Origin: Octopus vulgaris
Lineage: Eukaryota
DNA: 64,000 bases
Assembly (NCBI GenBank): GCA_951406725.2
Contig: OX597819.1
Location: 41,664,001-41,728,000, forward strand
Direction: 5' to 3'
Part shown: in pieces, positions 1-12,391 of the stretch
Layout of the letters: each line of letters begins with the position of its first letter
Position numbering within the stretch: the first letter of the stretch is position 1
The notes under the pieces: model-generated
Seen by the model: only the letters and a program-made list of their open reading frames with translations
What the model was told of the DNA's origin: nothing
Databases searched by the model: none
Made by a program: the position numbers and the translations under genes

Positions 1-112
1 TGGGGTTAGTAGCCCACGCTCTTAACCACTATGCCATTAATGAAAAAAATTGTATAAATACATGTACAATATCTAAGCTTATTCTTCCACTTTCAGTTTA
101 ATGTTCTCCCAA

Positions 113-376
113 AGGCATATGGCATAGTGGTTAAGAGCGCGGGCTACTAACCACAAGATTCCAAGTTTGATTCCAAGCAGTGACCTGAACAATAACAATA
201 ATAACATCTAAAAATACCTTAGGAATGAGAACCTAGGTTTGAAATTTCCCCAAGACACCTGATGAAGGCTGGAGGGTATATCAGCCGAAACATTGTGTTA
301 ACAACAAACAAGACGAGGACAAATATCCGTCGAATGTAAATAATGTACATAATTCCTCATCTTTTAAATATAGAAC
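113..376 (+). mobile_element. tRNA-derived SINE (family 3) with PLE-like hammerhead-containing tail
   Basis: Head TGGCATAGTGGTTAAGAGCGCGGGCTACTAACC...AGTTTGATTCC with A/B-box-like motifs, then (AAT)n, then tail. Homologous copy at ~50757-51062 (-) and a head fragment at 1-38 (-). Confidence 0.75.
254..299 (+). ncRNA. Minimal type-I hammerhead ribozyme motif (one stem-III substitution)
   Basis: GACAC-CTGATGA-a-GGCTG/CAGCC-GAAAC-aTT-GTGTT. Stems I and II pair. Confidence 0.65.
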
Positions 377-472
377 CATGCAAAGGCTCCTTTAATGACA
401 CTAAGCATATTTATTACAAAGCTAGCATTAGAAAGTTCTATATAGAGAATATAATTGAATATGAATACTAAC

Positions 473-610
473 TGCCAGGAATTAATGCAATTCCAATCCA
501 TGTGGCAATGAAAGAAATTTCACTTCCAGAGAAGAAGTTAAATCCGTGTAAATCAGGACATGTTTCTAGGTTTGACTCATTGACTGGCAAAGGTGGTGGA
601 CAAAAATCAG
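473..610 (-). CDS. DUOX: DUOX-like exon (CP.P...C linker and start of first TM helix). The gene continues past the window start.
   Basis: TTTTTTCAG acceptor and GTTAGT donor, 138 nt, DFCPPPLPVNESNLETCPDLHGFNFFSGSEISFIATWIGIALIPG. The F.GSE motif followed by a hydrophobic helix distinguishes DUOX from soluble peroxidases. Confidence 0.9.
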
Positions 611-675
611 CTGAAAAAAATGGTTTTAAAATTATATTAAATAGATGGATTGCAATGTATTAAATAGATGGATTA

Positions 676-1852
676 CACAACCCAACAGGTATTTTGTTGT
701 TAGGATGTTTTTACCTGCTTTGGTGATTTATTTTTTTGATATGCTAATTCCTAAAATGAAATCCATCACATCTTAATTTCAAGATACTGATACTTGCTAA
801 TAATCAATGGGTGACATGCATGGGCTTTAAGATGGTCAGTTGTCTCCTGGAGCAACAAAATACACCAAATATCTATGTCTTATGTGTGTGGGACAGCAGA
901 GCCTGGGAAAAAACATTGGGTAATCAAAAAAATAGCTGTAGCAAATATTAGTTTCAGAGTTTTTTAATGTGATTGAAGTGCCTTTAGTTCTACCATGAAA
1001 AATTATCCTATTTCCTCTCCGCATCAAACTTGATTTTAGGAACCAGTCGGTTAAAGCTCTGGACAAAGATGGACCATGCTTTCACTATATCTACTGCACA
1101 TTTCCCAGTGTGAGCAGTGAAAAGAAAGAAAGTTGGAGTATTTGATGGGCCTTTAATCAGAAAACAAAGTTGAGAACTTTGTAAATTCGATGAATTGCAA
1201 TGAAGCAGCAACATGGAATTCATTTGTAATACTTGTAAATGACTTTCTGTGCAATAAGAAAGTAGCCAATTATGATGAAATAGTCAACTGCAAGCTGGAA
1301 AACTTTCCAAAGTTGGGATCAAATACGAAGAGAAAGCTGCACTATTTCCACAGTCACCTTGATAAATTCCCTGAAAAATATGGTGACCCAAGTGATGAGC
1401 AGGGAGAGCATTTCCATCAACACATAAAATCAATGGAACAAAAGCATCAAGACAGATGGAATTAGCATATGATGGCAAACTATTGGTGGAACTTGGCTTG
1501 TGCTCTTCCTGAGGTTCAGTGCTCAAGAAAATTATTCAAATACAAATTCATGGAAAATGATGTAATTTGTCTAGACATTTTAAGATTTTTACTAGCTTTT
1601 CAACAGAATTTTAAGAAAACTTCTGGTTTTGAAGAAAAACCAATTTCTATGTATGTTTGTATGTTATGCCTTGTTCCTCATAAGTTGTTTTATTGAAAAA
1701 AAAAAAAACAAAAAAAAATTTCTATGGATCCAGTGTGTTAGAATCTGAAAATACCATCCAATAATTATCATCACATCAAGATTTTGTGTCAAAAAACCCC
1801 TAATTCAGGTCCACATATTTTTGACAACAGAAAAATTTCTTGTTGGTCTGTG
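676..1852 (+). mobile_element. Degenerate Chapaev3-like DNA transposon in DUOX intron
   Basis: Imperfect TIRs CACAACCCAACAGGTATTTT / AAAATTTCTTGTTGGTCTGTG with TTA/TTG flanks. Transposase remnant LHYFHSHLDKFPEKYGDPSDEQGEHFHQHIKSME...MMANYWWNL. Confidence 0.65.
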
Positions 1853-4362
1853 TTGTAGATATTTTACAGACAAATATATTAGATTACAGGATACTAAACA
1901 GATGTATTACAGATTTATAACATTTATATTACATAGGGGTATTATAGAGGTATTATAAATAGATACATCAAATAGTTGTATTACAGATATATTATGAAAG
2001 TACTAACTAGATGTACTACAGAATATATAACATTTGTACAGACTTCATACAAATAAATATATTGAGAACAATAAGAAAAACCAAGATACAGGTCGGATAA
2101 TAACAACTAATTCGTAGAAGAAATGAGAGAAGGTTCAATGTTTGCGTCTTTTGATTTAACAACTGTTTAAATAAAATAGTTCGTAGGAAAGTTTGACGAG
2201 TTCAAATGATATGAGGAGTGTAGAATCTAACATTCTAGTCATTAGCGTTTATAAGTGCATGTCAAAAGGAGAAAAGGTACTCTTGTCACTGAGTTGTGGG
2301 TAAGTTCATTCAACAACAATGCTTCTTATAACCAGATAAACAGCATGACCTGAACTGTTAAATCCTTCCCTTTGCATTCAGCTTCAAAAATTTAATACAA
2401 AAGATTGTAAGAGAGGATCAACTATATGATAAACTTTGAAGTTTTCGTATTATGCTTGCATTAACCAAATGTTTTAAACACCGTTAAATTTATAGAGAAA
2501 CAAAATGGGAATTTATGACACTCATGCCTTTTTAGAAAGCATTAAGGATTCAAGTGAAATCAAAATTGAATCATATTTTCAGTTCACTAAAACTTTAATA
2601 TATATTCTGATGCTCATAACATGTTTTCCTCTAATATTGTCCCACAATATTTTAACTGAGCTTAATTCAAATTTTTTGTTCAAACATCAATTTCATAAAC
2701 AACTTCTATATAATCTCAACCTAGAATTCATACTAAAATCCTAAAGCTGTCTGGGTATCTGCCAATAATTTAAGAAAAGTCAAAGGTGACTCAGTGGGAG
2801 ATTCTAATGTGGTAGACAGATGCTCCAGGCAAGAGTTTATATCTTTGTCATATGAAGACGGGATAAGAGTTAACGTGTTGTAACGCATTTAATCCTTAAG
2901 CCCAACAGGGATTATAAAATGAATATAAACAATACATAATAAATATTCTTCCTGTTTTAATACCACCTCTCTATAGTTTGTGGCAAGCTTATTAACTATT
3001 TTGAGTAATTATGTTCTCAATCTTAATTCATGCCTCTGTCATACATATTTTATACAAGGTTTCAACCACATTTTCACGTTCTTAAATTTCAATTTTTAAT
3101 CTAGGTGTAGGTGTGGCAGTGTAATAAGAAGCTTGCTTCCCAACCACATGATTCTAGGTTCAGTCCCACTGCATGGCACCTTGAGTAAGTGTCTTCAGGC
3201 TGACCAAAGTTTTGTGAATGGATTTGATAGATGTAAACTGAAAGAAGCCCATCAGGTATATATCTGTGTGTGTGTGTGTGTCTTTGTTTGTCCCCCCTAC
3301 CCCATCACTATGTACTACTATGAGATCGTGTACACACATATACAGGCTGAAATTAACTTACTTTACCTTGCATGTTTTATGAACTGTTATACTATTACAC
3401 TAGCCTACCTGACATTCCATCATAACAGGCATCGATTATAATTGGTGACCGCCGTCGCATGAACACTTGTCACATCCATCGATTACATTACATTATATAT
3501 ATATATAAATTGGAGAAAAACCACTATTATGTAATTCAAACAATGATAGACATAAACAATATCATAAAGAAAAAATAAAATATATTATAAAACATATAAC
3601 TAGATCACAAAAAGTACAACAAATGAATAAACAATAAGTAAAAAGACTACGTATGTTTCATGACTATAACTTCAATTCGAATTACAATTAAATTTAAATT
3701 TAATCAAAAAACAATTCAATTTTAAAAGTATAGTCACTTCTCAGGTCATCAGTAATAACAATAATAGTTAAATAAATAATCAAATAAAATAAAACTATAT
3801 TTCTTAAAGAAATAAAAACATGATTCTTATTGAAGAAACTCCATTAACTAAATTTGAAACTTAAAATTTATAATTATTATATGTGAACTAAAATCTAAAA
3901 GTATTAAGTATGATTGATTTGTAAAACAGTTTGTAACATAAAATATTAGAGTAAAGGTAGTGAAAAGATATACTATAATTTGTTAATATTATTCTCAAAG
4001 CTAAAATATATCTTCACAGATTAAATACAGCATACATATCTATTCTCTCTATCTACTCACCCCTACCAATACACTCTCAAAATTTCATTCACACCACAAG
4101 ACCCCTCTGAATGAACAGCATATGGAATTTATGCCTCTACACTCATAACAAAATATGAACTATCTGAATCTAAATACCATGGACAAGAAGCATTTCTACC
4201 CAGTCCGCACTGCACTTTCCTTGGATAATGTAACTGCAGCATCCTACATATAGTTTTACTTTCATTCTTTTATTTCCCTTTCTACTTCCTATATCCATCC
4301 TTTTCCAAAATAAGTCCTTATATTGAACTCTACTATTTCCCTCTAGTTAACTCCCTCATATC

Positions 4363-4410
4363 GTCTCTGGTGAAGGGATATCCCTAATATCCCAGAAACA
4401 GCTTTAAGAC
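4363..4410 (+). ncRNA. Degenerate type-I hammerhead motif in PLE-derived repeat
   Basis: GTCT-CTGgTGA-a-GGGATAT/ATATCCC-a-GAAAC-AGCT-tTA-AGAC. Same repeat family as 43928-43973. Confidence 0.55.
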
Positions 4411-4499
4411 TACCTTTCTCTTTATAAATGTCTTATAAATTCCACACAGCCTTGTTTTGTTGTCTCATTTTATTTAACATATATGCATATATATTGTGA

Positions 4500-4770
4500 G
4501 CCCCATGTGGGTAGCACGTAAAAAGCACCATCTGAACGTGGCTGATGTCAGTGCCACATAAAAAGCACCATCTGATCGTGGCCCCTGTGCTGATGGCACG
4601 TAAAAAGCACCCACTACACTCTCGGAGTGGTTGGTGTTAGGAAGAGCATCCAGCTGTAGAGACACTGCCAGATCAGATTGGGGCCTGGTGCTGCCTCCTC
4701 ACTTCCCAGACCCCATTCGAACCGTCCAACCATGCCAGCATGGAAAATGGACATTAAACGATGATGATTA
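4500..4770 (+). mobile_element. SINE/LINE 3' fragment with (ATG)n tail
   Basis: Three near-identical ACGTAAAAAGCACC units, then ...CATGCCAGCATGGAAA...GATGATGAT. Related copies at ~10527-10655 (-) and ~14410-14650 (+). Confidence 0.6.
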
Positions 4771-4898
4771 TACATATATATATGTACTGCATAGCTGTGT
4801 GGTTAAGAAGTTTGCTTCCCAACGCCACAATGTAGGGTTCTGATTATATAATCCATGTGAAATATAATGAAACATATAAATGCAAAAAGACAGCATAC

Positions 4899-5017
4899 AT
4901 AGTGATCTGGTGAATACATTATCTTGCAGGTAAACTTTTGGAATGTTTGCAACAAGTTGAATTATAGAACCCATTGTAATATTTCGAATTTCTGTAATTT
5001 CTTCCTCTGTAAATATC
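4899..5017 (-). CDS. DUOX: DUOX-like exon
   Basis: AG acceptor and GTATGC donor, 119 nt, IFTEEEITEIRNITMGSIIQLVANIPKVYLQDNVFTRSL. Confidence 0.9.
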
Positions 5018-5574
5018 CTGTAAAATAAATAGATAGATAGATAGGTAAATAGGCAGGTAGGTAGATAGATAGGTAGGTAAATAGGCCAGTAGGTACATGG
5101 ATAGGCAGATAGATAAATAGAAATTCTCTTTACAGTTAAAATTACTCTTGGATATAGAGTTAGAAAAAGTAAAATTTAAGAATTAACTACAATACAGTCA
5201 ACTTAGCTGTAAATAGGTACTATAAGTGGTGCAACCCATAATTGTACTTTTGCAGTGGTGGGCTTATCTATATAGGATAAACTACATCAGGGTTGATTTC
5301 TTTTTATTTTTTTCTTCTTCTTCAAAAGTCTAGTCAGAGCAAGAAAGGTTTCATTGATATCCTTTTGCAGGCCTTCAGGTCTGGCAAGAGACAAAGAAGT
5401 CATTCTCTGACAGGGGACTTGGCTCAAATACTTGCAATGGAGTGGCCTCCACTAAAGGTTTCCAATGGCTAGGTGATGTCAATAATTGATGAAGTCTACA
5501 ACTCAACAACTGGTGCAGTCCATTCAACAAACTTCTATAATTTCCATTTGCCCCAACTTCACTCACAAAGCTTA

Positions 5575-6028
5575 TGTAGTGACACTACTGTGTAAGCTTC
5601 AGCGCACATGCGCAGAATGGGATTACTTCTGGTTGGCCACCGGAAGTTTCCTCATGCGCAGGAACTGCAACCTGAAGCACCCCCATTAATATCGGCCTTT
5701 CTGGAAGAGCAGCGTTAGCGGGCGGACGTGGCTACGATTTCTCTCAGGGAAAAACCTACGCACAGAGAAGCTCTCTCTTCGAAGCGGGAACGAACACCGT
5801 ATCTTCTTGGCTTACCCAAGTGAACATTTGTGTACAGTCCTGTGGACTTGGCTGCCGGTTCACCCATAAGAAATATATAAGTACATATTTTACCTGTGAA
5901 CCTGAAGAATAAACTACTATTTATTGTTATTGAAGACAGCCGGATTTTTGGTTCCGTTTCTTCAACTTGTATGTGACAAGATAAGACCAGACACCCCTCC
6001 AGTGTTCCTGAACTCTCATCTTGTTACA
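5575..6028 (+). mobile_element. Solo LTR (probably Gypsy-type) inserted in an old SINE
   Basis: TGTAG...TTACA termini, 4-bp TSD CTTA (5571-5574 / 6029-6032), AATAAA at 5908. CpG-rich relative to its flanks. Confidence 0.7.
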
Positions 6029-6389
6029 CTTAGTTCATCTTGAAGCTACAACAGAAAACACTTGCCCAAGTGCAGGCCATAGTAAAGTGAACTTCTAAAC
6101 CACACAGCCCTGCCTGCTTGCTTGCTGACCGTAGAAATATTACATAAAAACAAGCATCAGTGTTCCCATTGGTTTATTAGAATAAAATAACAGGGTAGAT
6201 CTGAGTTATTTCTCCCAATAAACGTATGATTCCAGTAAGTAAATGCCACAAGTTAATTTGTCTCATCATTAATTAGTTGTTAGCTAACCTAACTACCAAT
6301 TAAAAGATTACCTAGTTATATTAATGTTGTAGCTCATTACTTCTTTGCAACAAATTAACTTTTGCAATTTAAAAAATTTTTTTTTTTAC

Positions 6390-6565
6390 CCATTTTGTAT
6401 ATTTTCAAACCAAAATCGATCTCCATCCCTCAATCGTAACAGTTGTTCTTTTGTCAGGGTTCTTATTAGTTCTCCTGGTCCATTTGCAGTAGTTTCCATC
6501 AGAGCTCCAGTAAATATATCAATGTTATCTAAAGATTTATGCACAGATTCCATATTTTTTATCAG
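6390..6565 (-). CDS. DUOX: DUOX-like exon
   Basis: AG/GT boundaries, 176 nt, LDNIDIFTGALME...GPGEL...EQLLRLRDGDRFWFEN. Confidence 0.95.
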
Positions 6566-6764
6566 CTGAAAATAGATTATATAAATAAAGTATACAATAT
6601 ATAACAAACAAGGGAAATAATTCAAAAATCAAAGGCATGAAAAAGTCAATTCAATTAAAAGGTAATTTCTTGAATCCTGTATGCAAAATTTTTTAATTTG
6701 ATGAAATTTCATTTAGAGTTGAAGAAAGAAAACAAAAGCCAAGCAGCAAATGTTAGCAACCATA

Positions 6765-7287
<523 letters not shown>

Positions 7288-8170
7288 AACTTAAAAAGAA
7301 AGGAAAATTATTTTTAAAAATTAGGAATTAATTTCTAAAATTAATTTCCTTTAGAGTCATCTTTCCTTGAAGAGAAGAGACAACTACGGTCATAAGTTTC
7401 GGTCTATTTGACCTCCTCAGCACAGTGCAGTCTAACAGAGCCAGCAGACCAGGAGCTAGATTTTCATATATAGAAAACAAATTATCCCTTACCTGTAAAC
7501 AAAGATCATACTGAAAGATTGATATGGAATGAAATGGAAAGCTGTGAGATACATGACCTTCTCACTTGATTCACCAGTGTCTTATCTCTACATCAAATTC
7601 CTGTTTTTCTTATATCATTAGTAACATATAATTTTGACCGGGTGGGTGTGTCAAAGAAGCACAAAATCTAAACAGGAGGGAGGTCGTTTTAGCTTATCAA
7701 ACCCCACTTGGCTGTATGAATGTAAATGGAATCAATTGGTTTCACCAGAGAACTTCTTCAGTTCTCAACTAATGAATCAGTTGGCTATCAGACAAATTGT
7801 CTTGTGGTATTTCATCACATCTTAACAGTTTATGTTCATATCCCATTGTAGCCCACTTTGTTATTCTCCCCTCCCTAAAAGTTTTTAGCCTTGTGTCTGT
7901 ACCAGGAATTCTAGCCAAGATTTGAACACCCAAACTCTTAATTCACCAATAGTAAATCTTAGCACTTTCACCAACTTGCATTTTTAAGATGTATTTTCAT
8001 GAAGTCAGTCGCAGCAAATGTTTTTATATTGATATGGAATTGACTAATCAGAAATGTTTGTTTAACTTTTCTTGACCCTACAGTTCATAACCCAACCTTC
8101 TAATTTCTGTTATAGAAACAGACAATGAGGGCCATTCAGAATTATTTTTCAATCACAGGTTATCTTTTAA

Positions 8171-8386
8171 CCCTTTAGTATTCACATTACTCTGTCAGAA
8201 ATGATTATTTATTCTCATTGTTTTGTATTAATCATGCATTATGTTATAGCATTGTGATTTTGAAGAGGTAATGTAATTTTTAGAAGGATATTGTAGGGTT
8301 AGTGCGAGAGGCCAGACCTGGCCAGTTTGATAATAAAGCAGGTAGAAAATTTTTGGCTGGATATGGCCGGTTTAAATACTAAAGGG
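8171..8386. mobile_element. piggyBac-like MITE
   Basis: TTAA|CCCTTTAG...CTAAAGGG|TTAA. Relatives at 16000-16220, ~17520-18070 and ~19760-20375. Confidence 0.7.
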
Positions 8387-8734
8387 TTAAGTGAGAAATA
8401 CATCAGCTACAGCAGTTTGTTTTCTAATTCATAAGTCATGGACAGCAGTTTCTGATCAGCTTTAACGTTGATGTGTTCATGACTGTGACAATAGTGTTCA
8501 CTGATTTTGAACTCAGAGAACACTATTGTCAGTGAACACTATTGTCACTGTCATAAAACCAACCATTTTTGCCTAATTGTTAAAACACCTACATTCATGT
8601 TTACATCTTATCAAAAGCTATCAACTTGCATGCTGCTATCACACACACCGGATAAATTTATCTATTTGTATCCTTCCAGGAGACTGTTGCTATCTCAAGT
8701 AATTTGTTTTCTAACGTTTTAATTAAATAATTTA

Positions 8735-9139
8735 GGCATAGGAGTGGCTGTGTGGTAAGTAGCTTGTTTACCAACCACATGGTTCCAGGTTCAGTCCCAC
8801 TGCGTGGCACCTTGGGAAAGTGTCTTCTACTATAGCCTCAGATCGACCAAAGCCTTGTGAGTGGATTTGGTAGACGGAAACTAAAAGAAGCCCGTCGTAT
8901 ATGTGTATGCACATATGTGTGTGCGTGTGTGTGTGTATGTTTGTGTGTCTGTCCCCCATCGCTTGACAATCGATGCTGGTGTGTTTACATCACCGTAACT
9001 TAGTGGTTCGGCAAAAGAGACCAATAGAATAAGTACTAGGCTTACAAAGAATAAGTCCTGGGGTTGATTTGCTCAACTAAAGGCGGTGCTCCAACATGGC
9101 CACAGTCAAATGATTGAAACAAGTAAAAGAGTAAAAGTG
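8735..9139 (+). mobile_element. SINE family 1
   Basis: Full-length match to the family 1 head, body and tail. Confidence 0.85.
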
Positions 9140-9888
9140 AAGAATCACCAATTATTCATTTTAATCATTTTGTTGCCATATTTCTGTTAACATATGCTGC
9201 TGCTTTTGTTTCTTTTTTTAAGATAATGAAGAATTTTGTAAAATATCTTTCTAATTATTAAGCTGGGATCTCAATTTCGAATAAAATTTTGATGGCAAAT
9301 TATAATTTAGACCATTTTAAGACAGTAAAGTTTATCGTAGAACTTGGAGTGGTCTCAGGTAGGTTTGATGTCTCTCTTTTCTACAATATACCAACTCCAA
9401 ATGCTTACATGTAACAACCAAGTTTATGCTACCAAAAAATCATAAGGATTATTAACCATTTGGTTTCTTTGCTATATTTTTGTTGAAACACACTGCCTTT
9501 GTTTCAGTTAATTTAAAAATTAATGAAGCTTCCGCAATATAGCTCTGTCATTAAGATGGAGTTTAGAACATAAGTCAACATGAAATTCTAATGGAAGGTT
9601 TTAACGTGGAGATTCTGGGTGAATTAGCATCAAGAGGGTTAAAATTCATCTTTTGGATTCCTATAACCAAATATGTATTAGTAATAGGACAAAATATTCG
9701 TTTTAAATTTTGACACAAAGTCAGCAATTCTAGGGGATGAGGTAAGCCAATTACACCAGCTCCAGTGTTCAACTGGTATTTTTACTGACCCCAAAAGTAT
9801 AAAAGAAAAAGTCAAACACAGCAGAATTTGAATGCAGAACACAAAGATGGACAAAATGTCACTAAGCATTTTGACCGGTGTGCCATTG

Positions 9889-10099
9889 TATTTCTTTACT
9901 GCCCACAAAGGGCTAAACAAGGACAGACAAAGAAATTAAGTCGATTACATCGACTCCAGTGGGAAACTGGTACTTTATTTATCGACCCCGAAAGGATGAA
10001 AGGCAAAGTCGACCTTGGCGGAATTTGAACTCAGAACGTAACGACAGACGAAATACGGCTATGCATTTCACCCGGCGTGCTAACGTTTCTGCCAGCTCG
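9889..10099 (-). mobile_element. Young SINE family 2 with Tx1-like tail, nested in an older family 2 copy
   Basis: 14-bp TSD CCGGTGTGCCATTG (9875-9888 / 10100-10113). Tail reads TTTAGCCCTTTGTGGGCAGTAAAGAAATA on the minus strand. Confidence 0.8.
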
Positions 10100-10177
10100 C
10101 CGGTGTGCCATTGATTCACCAGAATGACACCTTAACAGGGGAAAATATTAATCATAGAAAATAATGAAATATCTTAC

Positions 10178-10350
10178 CTCTGGATTAGATTTAGCTAATT
10201 CTGGGTTGATATCTTGCCAAGATTCAATTTTTTTCATTCCGAGTGCAGCTCTTGCAGTATTGTAATCAGGGAGTCCATAATCACGACCTTTCATTATTAT
10301 CTGGACAACTTTGTCTTGTAAATTGTAATATAAGGTGCCATGATTCCGCC
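10178..10350 (-). CDS. DUOX: DUOX-like exon
   Basis: AG/GT boundaries, 173 nt. Contains KGRDYGLPDYNTARAALGM, the animal heme peroxidase signature. Confidence 0.95.
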
Positions 10351-10954
10351 CTAGAATAATTACCATTACCAAATTAATATTTTTTTTTCCGTTATATGAA
10401 TATATGTCTTTGAAATAAAGTTCTTAAGTTAATCAACATTTCAAGGGCTTGGGCTTATATTTTTTAACCAGTCCTTGAAAGAAACTTGGAAGTTCATGCC
10501 AAAGGCATTTCTAATCTAGTCACAATTATCATCATCGTTTAAAGTCCACTTTCCATGCTGGCATGGGTTGGATGGTTTGACTGAGGACTGGCAAGCCAGA
10601 TGGCTGCACCAGGCTCCAATCTGATCTGGCAGAGTTTCTACAGCTGGATGCCCTTATCATTAATACAGCATCATCCTCAAAACTTTAATAACACACAACA
10701 CTAATAACCACTTCATTCAGAAGACCATGCTGTATCAAGAGCCTTTGTCCCCCATTAATTTTAGTAAGCCCTCAAGTTCAACATCAGCATAGTTTAGTGA
10801 ACTCCATCCTCTTGTACAGTATAACATCTGATAAAACCTGTTGGCAAAGCCTACACTGACTTGAGCAACAACAGTAGAGTGGAATGTGCCTTTGTGCTCA
10901 CACAAAGAGATATTTTGAGCCATCATGAGAAGTTTGATGTATTTATTATGAAAG

Positions 10955-11210
10955 TGTATGGTTCAGTGGTTAGAGCATTGGGCTCACAATCATGAGGTAG
11001 TGAGTTCAATTTGTGGACCTGGCGATGTGTTGTATTCTTGAGCAAGATACTTTATTTCACATTGCTCTAGTTCACTCAGCCATAGAAATGAGGCACGACG
11101 TTACTGGTGCCAAGCTGTATTGGCCTTTGCCTTTCCCTTGGATAACATCAGAAGCAAGGAGAGGGGAGACTGGTATGCATGGGCGACCACTGGTCTTCCA
11201 TAAACAAAAG
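10955..11210 (+). mobile_element. tRNA-derived SINE family 5
   Basis: TGGTTCAGTGGTTAGAGC head and TTGAGCAAGATACTTTATTTCAC core. Relatives near 42795-43010 and 40410-40535. Confidence 0.55.
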
Positions 11211-11763
11211 TAGAAGACATTTACCCAAGGTGTCATGCAGAGAGACTGAACCCAGAACCATGTGATTGGGAAGCAAGCTTCTTACCACACAGCCACACCT
11301 GTGCCTCTGCATATGTTTGTCCCCCACAACTGCTTGACAATTAGTGTTGGTTTGTTTATATTCCCAAACTTAGTGGTTCTATAAAGAGACCAATTACGTA
11401 AGCATCATATTCAAAAATAATTACTGGGAGTGATTTGTTTGACTAAATCTTGCAAGTGCCCCAGCATGGTCACAGTCCAATGACTGAAACAATGAAACAG
11501 CAAAAAAAGTATTAAAAATATAGATAAAATAAAACTTAAAATGCTCAAAGAATTTTTGAAATGCTCTGTGTAGAGAAATGAAAACATTTCCGGAATTGTC
11601 TCAATAGACAGCAATTTCATAAACTAGAGAATAATATTTAAGAATAACAAAGATATACAGGAAACTTTCTGATGGAAAGTTTTTCTCAAAAGAGAAAATG
11701 GTTTAGCCACATCTGTAATAAAAGATTGAAGTTTGATATTCTAAGCATTTCTGAAATATTCAC

Positions 11764-11866
11764 CTTTAAAATCATCCACAATGGTCATATCATCTGCTTC
11801 AGCTGGTTGAGAAGTCATGCCATAAAGAAATTCTTGAAAAGAACTCTCATATTCTTTTAGATAGTC
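11764..11866 (-). CDS. DUOX: DUOX-like exon
   Basis: AG/GT boundaries, 103 nt, DYLKEYESSFQEFLYGMTSQPAEADDMTIVDDFK (GM.SQ..E..D motif). Confidence 0.9.
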
Positions 11867-11927
11867 CTAATAGAATAAAAAAAAAATAATAGAGTGTCAG
11901 AATTTTATAAAATTTAAAATTTATACA

Positions 11928-12362
11928 GGCGCAGGAGTGGCTGTGTGGTAAGTAGCTTGCTTACTAACCACATGGTTCCGGGTTCAGTCCCACTGCTTGG
12001 CATCTTGGGCAAGTGTCTTCTACTATAGCCTTGGGCCGACCAAAGCCTTGTGAGTGGATTTGGTAGACAGAAACTGAAAGAAGCCCGTCTTATATATGTA
12101 CATATATATATATATATATGTGTGTATGTATATGTGTGTGTGTATGTGTGTGTGTCTGTGTTTGTCCGACCAACACCGCTTGACAACCAATGCTGGTGTA
12201 TTTACGTCCCCATAACTTAGCGGTTTGGTAAAAGTGACCGATAAAATAAGTACTGGGCTTACAAAGAATAAGTCCTGGGGTCGATTTGATCAACTAAAGG
12301 CGGTGCTCCAGCATGGCCACAGTCAAATGACTGGAACAAATAAAAGAATAAAAGAAAAAGAA
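11928..12362 (+). mobile_element. SINE family 1
   Basis: Full-length family 1 copy. Confidence 0.85.
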
Positions 12363-12391
12363 CAAATCACATAGACACACAAAATAAATAT

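Noticed and set aside
1-190. tRNA-like sequences with ACT in the anticodon position
   Set aside because: The acceptor stem does not close and they continue into SINE bodies, so they are SINE heads rather than tRNA genes.
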